A stretch of 39,807 nt of DNA from a virus (IMGVR_UViG_3300012816_000022:1-39807), one strand, 5' to 3'. Shown: positions 8,755-18,338, counted from the stretch's first letter. Notes: generated by a model from the letters alone, not told the origin. Program-made: numbers and translations.

Positions 8755-11700
8755 TTAACGGACAGCGGTGCTCTTGGCCCGAGCCAGCCTGCGCAACAGG
8801 TCTTCACCCTTGCCCTGGCTCTCTGCGTCGGCAAAGCGCACGGTGGTGGGCTGGCCGTCGATGGTGATGTTGGAGACGTAGGTGGCGCCCGAAGAGCCGC
8901 CACTCCCGCCTGCAGACGTTGCCGGACCTCTTTGAGGAGTGGTGCGCCTTCTTCTTTCGAAGTCGAGCATCTGGTCTGCCTCGGCGTTGCCTTCGTCGGT
9001 GTATTTGTAGTGCTCGGCCATGTTGCCCAGCGCTTCTGACAACGTGCCGAACTTTCCAGCCCACCGCTTTTGGACATCCTTGGCCGTGTATGGAACCTTG
9101 CCGTTGGCATCGACAAATTGCTCAGAGAGCTTCCGAGCGAGCAGCTCATCAAGCCCGGCCTGTTTGAGGTAGTCGATGATTGCGGTGCGAGTCCATATGC
9201 CCTGGGTCAGCGCACGCCCCATGGCGTCGCTCGACCAGCCGTCCTTGTTGCGGAACTGCGAGCCGCCCGTGCCCACTTCCTGCACACCACCACCCAGCTC
9301 CTGCCCGTTGCTGGAGAACCGACCGCGTTCAAACAAGCCCTTGTCGCCTTCTCCCGGACGGCCGTAGGTCTGTTGCATGCGGCGCTGGTATTCCTGCAGG
9401 GCCTGCGTTGAGGTACGGATCGCCGAGGTCACGCCACCCCAGTCGCGCTGCATACCTGGCGCAACGCGACCGCTGGATGCACCGGTCTGCTCAATGGAGT
9501 CGCGCAGCTTCAGCGTTGCCTTGCCCGCAGCGTCGAGCTGGACCTCGTAGCCGCGAACTGCCGCTTGCCCTTCGACCCAGGCTGGGGCGACACCTTTGTT
9601 TGCTGCAATGGCCGCCTCCGCAGCCCGTTTAAAGCCCTCGCCCAGCTCTCGGGCGCTCGCAGTGCCGCTGGCAGTGAGCGTGTCGTAAGCTTCCTTGGCA
9701 TCGGTTGCCGTCTTCTTGAGCGTCTCGTCGGACGTTACGCCCAACTGCTTCAGCGCCTCGCGCACGCTGTTGATGCCTGGCGTAGCTTGGTCCAGGGCAT
9801 CTTTCAGGGCGATGGCTTTTTCCTTGGCCTGGTCGAGCAAGCCATCAGCGATCTTGTCGCCCAGGACCTTGCGAACCTGCTCGATCTGAGAGCGCACGGT
9901 CTCCAGCGCTTTTTCACTGTCTGCCGACTGAATGGCCTTGCTCAGTGACGCGGTGAGCGCGCGCCCGGTGTCCACCCCCTCGGCCTTGAGCTTGTCCAGG
10001 CCCGCGATGATGGCTTCCACGTCGTTGATGGCGCTGCGGGAAGTGGCCCCCACTCGACCTTGGAGCTGTTCAAACTCAAGTCCCGTGCGCTTGACTGCCT
10101 CCCGGAGAAGAGAATCCATCAACTGAGTGGATCGCTCTGACTCTTTGGTGAGCACAGCGAAGGCGGCCTCTGCCTTTGCCTTTAGCGCCGCCAATGGCTC
10201 ACCAGTCACACCTTGCTCAAGGGCATCGCGAACTGCCTTCGCAGCCTTCTCCGCTTCACTGCGTGCGGCAAAGAATGCGGCTCGCGCCTTAACCTCAAAT
10301 TCCGCGAGGTCCTTGCCGTCCAACGCTTTCGACCATGCAGCCTGTAACTCCGTAAGCGATATCTTTCCGTCCGCTGCGAGTTTTTCGAGCACGGCGGAGA
10401 AGTCCCGGATACCTTGAACCTTCGATAGGTCAAAAGCGTCGGTCGCCTTCTTGAGCGCTTCGGCGGTGACAACCCCTTCCTTGCTCAGCTTCTCAAACTC
10501 TGCGACACCCGAGCGTGCTGCCTTTGACAGATCGAAAGTGCGTTCAACTGCGGTTTGAATGGCAGTAGCCAGGCGAGCCCTGTCTGCTGCTGCCTCCTTG
10601 GCAATGTCTGCCGCCAGCTTGTCCGCGCGGGCAAGCTCATCGGTACGGTCCTTGTATCCCGCCAGCTTGGCGGCGGCCTCACCAATCGCGGTGCCGATGT
10701 CCTTGAAGTTGGCGATCAGACCAATCAGGGTGAAGGTGCGCAGGCTGGCAAGGATCGTGGCGAATCGGCTGGCACCCACTGCGGCTGTCGCTGCTGCGTT
10801 GCCAGAGGCGACCATTTGCACGTTGTTCGCGGCCACCGCTGCTGCCGAGGCCTGTGCGGCCACGCCGATGCCCAGGAAGTGCTGAGCGAGCCGAAGTGCC
10901 ATGAAGGCAGCAGTGGCCTGCCCAACGTCAATCAGAAGGCCTGCGACGGTCTTGAGGTTGTTGGCGAGTGCGCTGATCGCAGAGGCTGCCATCGCACTGG
11001 CGCCGGTAGCTTTGTCGGTCTCGCTGACATAGAGGGTCCATTGGGTGGACAAGTCCTGCAGCGCCCGGCCCACCGTCGGTGGCAGCTTCGAGAACTCAGC
11101 AGCGACTGTCTGGCTTTGCCCCTGCAGTGCTTTGATGACGGTGTCGCTGGTGAGCAAGCCAGCCTCTGCCATCTTGCGAAGTTCCCCAGTGGTGACGCCG
11201 AGGCCGTCCGCCAACGCGCGCGCCAGGCGCGGGCTCTGCTCCATGACGGAATTGAATTCATCGCCGCGCAAAGCGCCGCCCTGCAAGCCTTGCACCAGCT
11301 GGGTAATCGCCGCGCTGGACGCCTGAGCGCTGGCGCCGCTGAGCTGGATCGTCTGGTTGATCGTCTCGGTCAGTGCCAAGGCCTGGGTGCTAGCCGCGAC
11401 AGTAGACAGGCCCGCATCCTTGCCAGCCTGCGCCAGGCGCGTGAACAGAACGCCCGTCTCTTCCAGGGCACTGTGGGTGCGTAATGCAACCTGGGTGACC
11501 TCGTTCCAGGAGCGCGTGAAGTTGTCACCCTCGCCGGTCACCAGCTTCAAACGGGCCTGCAGGTTGTTGACCTGGTCGGCGGTCTCCGCCAGGTCCGATG
11601 CCATGGTCTTTAAACCCTGGAAGCCCTGCAGGGCTGCGTAGAAGCTCTGGAGTCGGGCCAGTTGCTGGCTGATGGACTCCACACCATCACCAATCTGGCG

Positions 11701-12255
11701 GTGTGTGCGCACCATGGTCTCACCGGCATTGGAAGCTCCGGTGGCGGCCCCCTGGTAGGCGGGGACCAGGTCTTGAATGGTCTCACGGACTCCGGCCACT
11801 TCCTGGCGCAGTCGTTGCTGCGCATCCCGGGCGTTCTGCCCGGACACACCAAACCGCTGCAGTGCGGCCTGAGCGCCAGATAGGGCTTGCTCCTGCTGGC
11901 TCAAGGCTGTACGTGCAGCATCGACCCCCGCCTGCAGGCGCTGCTGCGCGGCTGCTTCCTGGGCGGTAGGTGGCCCCATGGCCGCAATCTGTCGACCATA
12001 GTTGGCGGCCTCGGTTTCTGCCGCCTTGAGGGCACGGCCCGCGTCGCGTGCCTCGGTTTGCAGTTGCAAGAAGGCAGAGATCGCGGCGTCTTGTTCGGCC
12101 AGCTCGCGCAACCGGGCTGCGGCCGATTGGGCGGACTTCGACAGCTCGCCTGTCAGTACCTTGGAGACGTCGTCCAGGTCATCCGCCAGGCCTGTGATTG
12201 ACTCACGGCCCGAGACACCAACGCGGAGTTCTGCACTGACTTGCTTGTCGGCCAT
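8755..12255 (-). CDS. Tail tape measure protein
   Basis: 1166 aa, Ala-rich helical; tape-measure N-terminal domain motif QLVQGLQGGALRGDEFNSVMEQSPRLARALADGLG; central hydrophobic stretch. Confidence 0.93.
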   Translation of the reverse strand: MADKQVSAELRVGVSGRESITGLADDLDDVSKVLTGELSKSAQSAAARLRELAEQDAAISAFLQLQTEARDAGRALKAAETEAANYGRQIAAMGPPTAQEAAAQQRLQAGVDAARTALSQQEQALSGAQAALQRFGVSGQNARDAQQRLRQEVAGVRETIQDLVPAYQGAATGASNAGETMVRTHRQIGDGVESISQQLARLQSFYAALQGFQGLKTMASDLAETADQVNNLQARLKLVTGEGDNFTRSWNEVTQVALRTHSALEETGVLFTRLAQAGKDAGLSTVAASTQALALTETINQTIQLSGASAQASSAAITQLVQGLQGGALRGDEFNSVMEQSPRLARALADGLGVTTGELRKMAEAGLLTSDTVIKALQGQSQTVAAEFSKLPPTVGRALQDLSTQWTLYVSETDKATGASAMAASAISALANNLKTVAGLLIDVGQATAAFMALRLAQHFLGIGVAAQASAAAVAANNVQMVASGNAAATAAVGASRFATILASLRTFTLIGLIANFKDIGTAIGEAAAKLAGYKDRTDELARADKLAADIAKEAAADRARLATAIQTAVERTFDLSKAARSGVAEFEKLSKEGVVTAEALKKATDAFDLSKVQGIRDFSAVLEKLAADGKISLTELQAAWSKALDGKDLAEFEVKARAAFFAARSEAEKAAKAVRDALEQGVTGEPLAALKAKAEAAFAVLTKESERSTQLMDSLLREAVKRTGLEFEQLQGRVGATSRSAINDVEAIIAGLDKLKAEGVDTGRALTASLSKAIQSADSEKALETVRSQIEQVRKVLGDKIADGLLDQAKEKAIALKDALDQATPGINSVREALKQLGVTSDETLKKTATDAKEAYDTLTASGTASARELGEGFKRAAEAAIAANKGVAPAWVEGQAAVRGYEVQLDAAGKATLKLRDSIEQTGASSGRVAPGMQRDWGGVTSAIRTSTQALQEYQRRMQQTYGRPGEGDKGLFERGRFSSNGQELGGGVQEVGTGGSQFRNKDGWSSDAMGRALTQGIWTRTAIIDYLKQAGLDELLARKLSEQFVDANGKVPYTAKDVQKRWAGKFGTLSEALGNMAEHYKYTDEGNAEADQMLDFERRRRTTPQRGPATSAGGSGGSSGATYVSNITIDGQPTTVRFADAESQGKGEDLLRRLARAKSTAVR

Positions 12256-12268
12256 GTTTTCTTACAAT
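12241..12268 (+). promoter_or_regulatory. Putative sigma70 promoter for a leaderless antisense moron
   Basis: TTGCTT-N16-TACAAT ending 6 nt before ATG 12275; no RBS. Confidence 0.5.
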
Positions 12269-12274
12269 GCAGGC

Positions 12275-12430
12275 ATGCGCCCGATCCTCTTTTTGCTGTG
12301 TGTTGCGTTCCTGCTTGCTGCAGGTGGCTTCGTGTCGATTGGCATGGCCGTTGGCTTTGTGGCCTTTTTTGGCCTGGGCGCCTTCATCACCTGGCTGGTT
12401 CTGAACCCGTTTTTCAAGCGCCAGCAGTAG
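12275..12430 (+). CDS. 51-aa membrane protein, antisense moron (candidate superinfection exclusion)
   Basis: MRPILFLLCVAFLLAAGGFVSIGMAVGFVAFFGLGAFITWLVLNPFFKRQQ; two hydrophobic segments, fills the gap between tail tube and tape measure genes on the opposite strand. Confidence 0.6.
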   Translation: MRPILFLLCVAFLLAAGGFVSIGMAVGFVAFFGLGAFITWLVLNPFFKRQQ

Positions 12431-12443
12431 CTGCCATGACGTA

Positions 12444-12495
12444 ACTGTCTCGCGCGAAGCACAAAAAAATAAGGCCGACAAATGTCGGCCTTATT
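12444..12495 (-). promoter_or_regulatory. Late promoter/terminator element 1 (upstream of tape measure)
   Basis: Minus strand AGGCCGAC-ATTT-GTCGGCCT-TATTTTTTTGTGC-N9-GACAGT; same build as 18339 and 26605. Confidence 0.75.
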
Positions 12496-12522
12496 CGTTT
12501 GGGGGGAGTGGATGGGTCGTCG

Positions 12523-13536
12523 TCAGACCTTGCGCACGCGGTAGTACTTGCTGACGCCGACCCCGCTCTTGGTGTCGTCCTTCAGGACGGCGCCGGTGAC
12601 CGGCAGACTTGCGAAGCCCTTGTCGGCCAGCAGACCGATGGCAGACGCCACCCCCTGGCTTGCACGCCAGATTTCCACAATGCATGGCTTGCCGTCGTCA
12701 GCCTCGTTGAGCCCTTCAAAGATCAGCTCCAGCTCCTTGGCCTTGGTCGTCAGGGCTTCGATGATGGCGTAGCTGCCGTACTCATAGCTCAGCTTCACAT
12801 CGTCATCGTCGGCCAGGTCCACGGCATCCGGCAGCACGTAGACACCGGAAGCACGCACTTCGTAGTTGCCAGCTGCGGCAATCAGGTCGCCCACCGTGGC
12901 ATACGTGTAGTTCACCCAAAAGACGGAGCCATCGACCACGCCGGGCGCATCTGCTGCTACCTGGATACCCCCTGCGACCACGGTGTAGTTGCCCGCAGCC
13001 GTCAGTGGTGTCGCCGTGGCCTCGTCTGCTCCCACTCGGATGCTGACGTTCGTGGCAGGCGCTGCAGTCAGGTGCAAAAGCGGCACGAGGGCTCCTTTGT
13101 TCACCCCGGAGTGTTGCTCATCCGTTGCCGTTGCTGTACCCGCCGTGCTGCCTTTGCGCAGCGTCAGGTTCTTTGGGCCGATGTGCACGGTGCGCAGCAG
13201 ACCACCCCGAGTGACCTTTTGCGCTTCGTTCGCAACCGTCCCGGCATCCACTCCCTGCACGGTGCCCAGCGACGCACGCGCCAAGTTGGTCACGTTCAGG
13301 TCGGCTAGCTTCATCTTGATCTCGACATCGGTTACACGGCGCATCTCTGCGTGGGTGCCGCCGCCGAGAGCCGTCATGTCTGGTTGCTTCTGGACATCCT
13401 CCTTATGGGACAGCTCCAGTTCCAGGACGTTGCCGATGGGCATGGGAGCGGCCGTAGTACCGCGCTCACGGGCGTACACCTGGCCCATATAGCCTGCGGG
13501 TGCGAAGATGCGTTTGATGATGGCTGCAGAGGTCAT
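12523..13536 (-). CDS. Major tail tube protein with inserted Ig-like segments
   Basis: 337 aa; PIGNVLELELS...ELIFEGLNEADDGKPCIVEIWR...LPVTGAVLKD; two AAGNY(T/E)V-type internal repeats; position before tape measure. Confidence 0.8.
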   Translation of the reverse strand: MTSAAIIKRIFAPAGYMGQVYARERGTTAAPMPIGNVLELELSHKEDVQKQPDMTALGGGTHAEMRRVTDVEIKMKLADLNVTNLARASLGTVQGVDAGTVANEAQKVTRGGLLRTVHIGPKNLTLRKGSTAGTATATDEQHSGVNKGALVPLLHLTAAPATNVSIRVGADEATATPLTAAGNYTVVAGGIQVAADAPGVVDGSVFWVNYTYATVGDLIAAAGNYEVRASGVYVLPDAVDLADDDDVKLSYEYGSYAIIEALTTKAKELELIFEGLNEADDGKPCIVEIWRASQGVASAIGLLADKGFASLPVTGAVLKDDTKSGVGVSKYYRVRKV

Positions 13537-13539
13537 AGA

Positions 13540-13746
13540 TCAATCCTTGGTGGTGGTGGGTAAGGGGGCAACTACGCCCACGGCGCGCAGCCATCGGGCA
13601 GTTTCTGGATGCACGACAAGGGGTGTGCCAGGTGGTTTTTTCTGGCCCAGGTGCTCGTGCTCCCGGGCCAGAATCACTTGCTCCATCGCGGGTGGCGCGG
13701 GAGGTTGAGCGGCCTTGTTTCTCGACCTGGTGGGAATTTGTTTCAT
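13540..13746 (-). CDS. Small hypothetical virion-region protein (68 aa)
   Basis: ATG 13746 overlaps upstream stop (ATGA); VILAREHEHLG...ARWLRAVGV. Confidence 0.6.
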   Translation of the reverse strand: MKQIPTRSRNKAAQPPAPPAMEQVILAREHEHLGQKKPPGTPLVVHPETARWLRAVGVVAPLPTTTKD

Positions 13747-14258
13747 GGCTTTCTCCATTCGGCCCAGTTGCGGGTTTTGAGTTCGAGCGCCGCGCTGTGG
13801 CACAGCAGACCGGCGAAGAGCACCGGACCGGCGCTGGCAACCTGCACGCCTCGCTCTTCGGACAGACCCGAGCCCAACAGTCCAGGCAGGCCCAAGGAGC
13901 CGTCCACGCGCACCGCATCACGCATGCGCTCGACCAGGTCGTCAAAGATCAGCTCGCTGTCAATGGCGGTCTGGAAGGACAGATAGCCGCGCACCAGCCA
14001 GGTGTGTTCGTTCAGGATGCGTCCGTTGGCATTGACCTCCGAGGTCGCCGTGCGCCGCACGTACCAGCCACGGATATGTGGCTCATTGGCAAAGGCATCC
14101 GTGGCAGGATCGGCATGGGTGTAGAGGTAGGCCTGTTTAAACCCCAGCTCACCGTCTGCATACCGTTCGCACGCATGCACCACGCCGACAGCAGACACGG
14201 AACGCAACAAGGCCAGCAATGCGGTACGCGAAGCGGCGAGGGTGTTGGGCATCGTCAT
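13743..14258 (-). CDS. Tail terminator / head-tail joining protein
   Basis: 171 aa, position between neck gene and tail tube; IRGWYVRR...LCHSAALEL. Confidence 0.6.
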   Translation of the reverse strand: MTMPNTLAASRTALLALLRSVSAVGVVHACERYADGELGFKQAYLYTHADPATDAFANEPHIRGWYVRRTATSEVNANGRILNEHTWLVRGYLSFQTAIDSELIFDDLVERMRDAVRVDGSLGLPGLLGSGLSEERGVQVASAGPVLFAGLLCHSAALELKTRNWAEWRKP

Positions 14259-14755
14259 TTGCGCGCTCCCACCAGGTGGGCCGCCACTTTGGCGGCGGCG
14301 CGGTCAAACATTGCTGCCACTTGCCCCTCGGTGGACTGGACGGCACGCGCCATGGGGTGCTGCGCAGGTGTCCCCTCACGCGCAATCTTGCGGGCCACCA
14401 GGAAGGCAACACGCTTGACCTCCTTGGGTTCACGGATGCCCAGGACCGCTTGAACCCAAGGTTCAATCGCAGCGACGGGGGGCATGTGGGGGCGGGTGCC
14501 CAGCTCCAGGAACAGTGCATTGGGCTGGCTGCTGCTCACGGTGCCCAGCACGCCAGCCGGTGTGCTGGCTACGTCGCTGGTAATGCTCCTGGCCGTGAGG
14601 CCGGAGACGCGAGGCATGTTCTCCTGCCATTCGCGCTGCACCAGCAACGTGGCTTCGGTCATGGTCTCCTGCAGCACCTGGTCCGTATAGGCCGGTGCCT
14701 CACGCAGCCCTTGTGCGAACGACTGCAATCCGCCGAGACTGATGGACAGGTTCAC
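14255..14755 (-). CDS. Neck / tail completion protein (HK97 gp10-like)
   Basis: TARSITS...ALFLELGTRPHMPP...IAREGTPAQHPM pattern. Confidence 0.7.
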   Translation of the reverse strand: MNLSISLGGLQSFAQGLREAPAYTDQVLQETMTEATLLVQREWQENMPRVSGLTARSITSDVASTPAGVLGTVSSSQPNALFLELGTRPHMPPVAAIEPWVQAVLGIREPKEVKRVAFLVARKIAREGTPAQHPMARAVQSTEGQVAAMFDRAAAKVAAHLVGARK

Positions 14756-15435
14756 AAGCCACCTCGCTGCACCAGGCGGTGACGCGGGTTACGGCTCGGC
14801 CAGGTCACAACGCCTGCAGCGGCGGTTGAGCCAGAGCTGCCGCCCGCTGCCGATGTGAATGGGTCAGAGACGCCAACCCCAGCGTAGTAGGCAGATCGCA
14901 GTTCCCTGGCCCTGGCGGCGAACTCACGCGCACGTGTCTCTGTCATGCTGGCGTCCGAGCCAAAGCTGTTCTCGCGCTGTGCGCTGTAGTGGGTTGCGAG
15001 TTGGTGGCACAGCAGGTGCGCCGCGTACTGCGCCACAGGCAGGCGGTGACGTGCTGGAATGGTGTCCTCAGTGGCCGAGAGCGCATGCTCGGCCATGAAC
15101 TTCACGCGGACCACGCCACCCACTGCCACTTGGTCCGCTGCCATGAGCTGCCAGCCAGTGGGAGACAGGTAGGCCGACACGTCGATAACCGCAATCGGGT
15201 CTCGACCGATGGGGTACTCAGCGCTTTGAATCCATGCGCCGTCCGTCCAGCCTTCCGGCGCAGGGGCCAGTGAACCACCGGGCCAGGTCACATCGCCCAT
15301 CAGGCGGCGAGGAAGGTCCGCGCTGTACTGCAGACGGGCAGCTTCCAGCGCGCGGGCGCGTGTGTCCACAGTCAGCACTGAGGCTTGATCGCGGGCCAGA
15401 TCGCTCAGCAGCGCCTGAAAATCGGCCAAAGCCAT
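14752..15435 (-). CDS. Head-tail adaptor protein (227 aa)
   Basis: Start re-placed to ATG 15435 (MALADFQALL...); first gene after capsid. Confidence 0.65.
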   Translation of the reverse strand: MALADFQALLSDLARDQASVLTVDTRARALEAARLQYSADLPRRLMGDVTWPGGSLAPAPEGWTDGAWIQSAEYPIGRDPIAVIDVSAYLSPTGWQLMAADQVAVGGVVRVKFMAEHALSATEDTIPARHRLPVAQYAAHLLCHQLATHYSAQRENSFGSDASMTETRAREFAARARELRSAYYAGVGVSDPFTSAAGGSSGSTAAAGVVTWPSRNPRHRLVQRGGL

Positions 15436-15602
15436 GGTGGGTCGATTCCTGTTTAAAGAAGGGTTGTTGGTCGGCTGGGTTGCCGAAGGCTCCAGGTCCG
15501 GGGCCTTGGACAACCCACCCCTTGCAGGGTGGGCCGGGTGCTTTGTCAGGCCACCAGCCTGTTGCGCCGAAGCGCTTCGCGCCGCTGGGTGTGTCCAGTG
15601 CG

Positions 15603-18017
15603 TTACGCCACCACGGCCTTGGTGAAGGCGCGGTAGTCGGTCACAGCGCCGCCGTAGATGTGGCGAATCTTGTAGGTCAGCTTGTCGGCCGCGAACATCG
15701 AGCCCACGTTGGGTGTGTCTTGCACGAACAGCTCGGGCTCTTCGCGCCCGTCCAGGAAGCCCACCTCGATGCCGGGGATGTCTGCCGGATCGGCTGCAGT
15801 GCACCAGTCGTTGGCATCGGTCCAGTACCACACGGGGATGATGTTCATCGTCAGGGACTGGATGAACGTCTTCTCGTTGTTGGTGGACAGCTTGAACAGA
15901 TCAACAGCGGCCTCCTGCAGGTCGGAGGGAACCACCAGCCGCGAAGGGGCGATGCCGATGCGGTCGTTGCTGGAAAGCTCGGTCTGCTTGAGCATCGCCA
16001 GACGGTGGACCGCCAGCTCGGCCTTCGACAGTGCCGCCGCGAACAAGTTGTTGTGGTCGACGTGGAACAGCGCCTTCGTGTCGTAGATCACCGGGTTCGT
16101 GCGCAGGAAGTCGAACACGAACTTGGCGAGCGTGCGCTTGGCAGCGCGCGACAACTTGGTGGGGATACGGCGAATCACACCCACGTCGTCGTTCTTGATC
16201 ATTTCCAGGGTGATGTCTTCCGTGCCACCCTTCTTGCCCGCCTTGTAGGTAGCCTCCTCATCACCGGGGCTGGTCAGCGGTAGGTAGTCGCCGCCTTCCG
16301 CCACAGTGGGCAGGTCGCCATAGCCACCCCAGCGCGTGCGGTGTTGCATACGGAAGTCGTTCACCGGCACCACACTCACGAGCTGGCGCCAACCGTCGAA
16401 GTCCACCGCAGCGCGGTATTCGGCCAGCATGCGGCGGGTCACGCTGTCGCCCAGCACCTCACCCAGGGACGTGCTGCCCAGCGATTCCGCCAGGCGCGAC
16501 TGGTCGCATTCGCGGAGACGGCCGGTCACCAAGCGGTCGCCCGTCATTTCGATGTAGCACTCCTTGAAGGACTGCACGCGGCCGTGGTCCTTGTGGGTAG
16601 GGTCCCAGAAGGCGTCGAGCATGTCGCGCATGGTCAGGCTACGGTCACCCACCACAATGGAGCCTTCGCCGAACATCGGCACGCGCACGGTACCGCTCTC
16701 AGTCATGCGGGCGATGTACTCGCCCTCGGCCTTGATCAGGTCGCCCACGGCGGCCTCGGTCAGGCGGTCGGCGCCAGCGATGGATACCAGCGCCTGCAGG
16801 CGGTCCTTGGCGGCCTGGGGCAGCTTGGCCGCGTTGATGCGTTCGCGGGCTGCGCCACGCAGGGTGAACACTTCCAGGTCGGCACGGGTCAGGGGCGTGT
16901 TGTCGCCCTGGCCTTCGGTGATGCGGGTCGCACCATGCGCGGTGGGCACCAGGGAGCCACACACGGCTTCGTGCAGGGTCACCAGCTCATCGTCACCGAT
17001 GGTCTCGGCGTTGATGGTGGCGTGCTTGGCGGGGTCTTTGGCCTTGATGGCCTCCAGCAGGCGTTGCTTCCAGAGAGGCATTGCATTTCCTTCAGGGTTG
17101 TTGAGAGGTTGGTCGGCGGCGGCTTCAGTCAGGCGATCCAGGCCGCCGCCAGCGCCCGGTTCGACAATCAGGTCAACGGAGTGCACCTTGGTGAACTTCA
17201 CGGCCTCGCGCAGGGTCTCGGTCCCGGCCTTGCGCTGCTTGGTGCGGGCGTCCGCGTCGATGGAGAGGCCCAGCAGGCTCTGCATGCCGCGCTTGACGGA
17301 TTCGGTCATCTTGGTGACCGCTGCATCTGTGGGGTCCAGGGCTTTAAAGGTGCCCACCAGTGCCCCGGTGTCGGGCGCCTTGCCTTCCACAAAGCGCACG
17401 CCATAGATGCCGCCGATCAGGTTGCGCACGTCCTTGCCCTTGCCCGCGATGTGCTCTGCGTCGCTCTTGGTGAACACGCGCACGCCCTCGAACATGTGTG
17501 CTGCCTCGCGCAGCGTGGCGTCTGGGTAGTAGTTGCGGTTGCCGCTACGGCCGGAGCGGATGAGGGTCACCTCGATAGACCCGTCAGCGGCCTCGCGGAA
17601 GGCCTCGCTGCCCACAGCCTCGCGCACTGCTGCGGGCGCAGCGGCCGGAATAGTTGGAGCGGGTGCTGGGGTGGGCGCGGTGGGGACGTACTGCTCCACG
17701 ACCTCAATGGGAGAGCCCAGCACCACCTGGTCAGTCCCCGCGATGTGCTTGAAGGAGTAGCTGTATTGAAAGTGCTTGCCGTCCAGCTCGATCACGGCGC
17801 GGTCGCTGTAGATGGCCGACAGGCCGATGTACCGGCGCTGCTCGGGAAGGCGCCCGTTGTTGATCTGCTCCGAGATCGCTGCCCGCACCACGTCGATGAG
17901 TTGGCGGAAGTCGCGCTCCGGGGCGGCTGCGGCCTCGCGCAGGGCGGTGTCCACCGCTGCCGCAGTGCGCAAGCCGCCACAGGCCGCCAGCGCTGCAATG
18001 AGTTGAGCCCACTTCAT
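15603..18017 (-). CDS. Fused prohead protease-scaffold-major capsid protein (Mu gpT-like capsid)
   Basis: 804 aa. Protease-like block SGNRNYYP...GLSIDA...SVDLIVEPGAGG; helical middle; capsid block ITLEMIKNDDVG...LFHVDHNNL...YKIRHIYGG. Confidence 0.88.
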   Translation of the reverse strand: MKWAQLIAALAACGGLRTAAAVDTALREAAAAPERDFRQLIDVVRAAISEQINNGRLPEQRRYIGLSAIYSDRAVIELDGKHFQYSYSFKHIAGTDQVVLGSPIEVVEQYVPTAPTPAPAPTIPAAAPAAVREAVGSEAFREAADGSIEVTLIRSGRSGNRNYYPDATLREAAHMFEGVRVFTKSDAEHIAGKGKDVRNLIGGIYGVRFVEGKAPDTGALVGTFKALDPTDAAVTKMTESVKRGMQSLLGLSIDADARTKQRKAGTETLREAVKFTKVHSVDLIVEPGAGGGLDRLTEAAADQPLNNPEGNAMPLWKQRLLEAIKAKDPAKHATINAETIGDDELVTLHEAVCGSLVPTAHGATRITEGQGDNTPLTRADLEVFTLRGAARERINAAKLPQAAKDRLQALVSIAGADRLTEAAVGDLIKAEGEYIARMTESGTVRVPMFGEGSIVVGDRSLTMRDMLDAFWDPTHKDHGRVQSFKECYIEMTGDRLVTGRLRECDQSRLAESLGSTSLGEVLGDSVTRRMLAEYRAAVDFDGWRQLVSVVPVNDFRMQHRTRWGGYGDLPTVAEGGDYLPLTSPGDEEATYKAGKKGGTEDITLEMIKNDDVGVIRRIPTKLSRAAKRTLAKFVFDFLRTNPVIYDTKALFHVDHNNLFAAALSKAELAVHRLAMLKQTELSSNDRIGIAPSRLVVPSDLQEAAVDLFKLSTNNEKTFIQSLTMNIIPVWYWTDANDWCTAADPADIPGIEVGFLDGREEPELFVQDTPNVGSMFAADKLTYKIRHIYGGAVTDYRAFTKAVVA

Positions 18018-18023
18018 GCGGGC

Positions 18024-18287
18024 TTACTCCTCACCCGTGCTGGTGAGCTTCTGGCCGTCCTTGGTGACTACGACCACATGGGTGCCGTAATCCTTGAAGG
18101 ACAGGACTTCTTCAGCCTTGACGGCCACGCGCTTTTCGCGGGGCACCTTGGCGGCTTTTCCTTCTTCGCCTTTGCCGTCCACGAGTTCGACCACCGTTCG
18201 CTGTACGCGCTTGGCGGCTTCGGCGATGGTCAGTTCTTTGGACTTGCCCTTGTCGTTCTCGGGCTGCGGGGTCTGGGTTGCGGACAT
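18024..18287 (-). CDS. Hypothetical protein (87 aa), first gene of head operon
   Basis: Clean ORF with GGAG RBS, directly downstream of late element 2. Confidence 0.7.
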   Translation of the reverse strand: MSATQTPQPENDKGKSKELTIAEAAKRVQRTVVELVDGKGEEGKAAKVPREKRVAVKAEEVLSFKDYGTHVVVVTKDGQKLTSTGEE

Positions 18288-18338
18288 GCATCACTCCATC
18301 CATGTGAGCCGCTCGGGGCGGCGGGTTGCGATGGAGTG

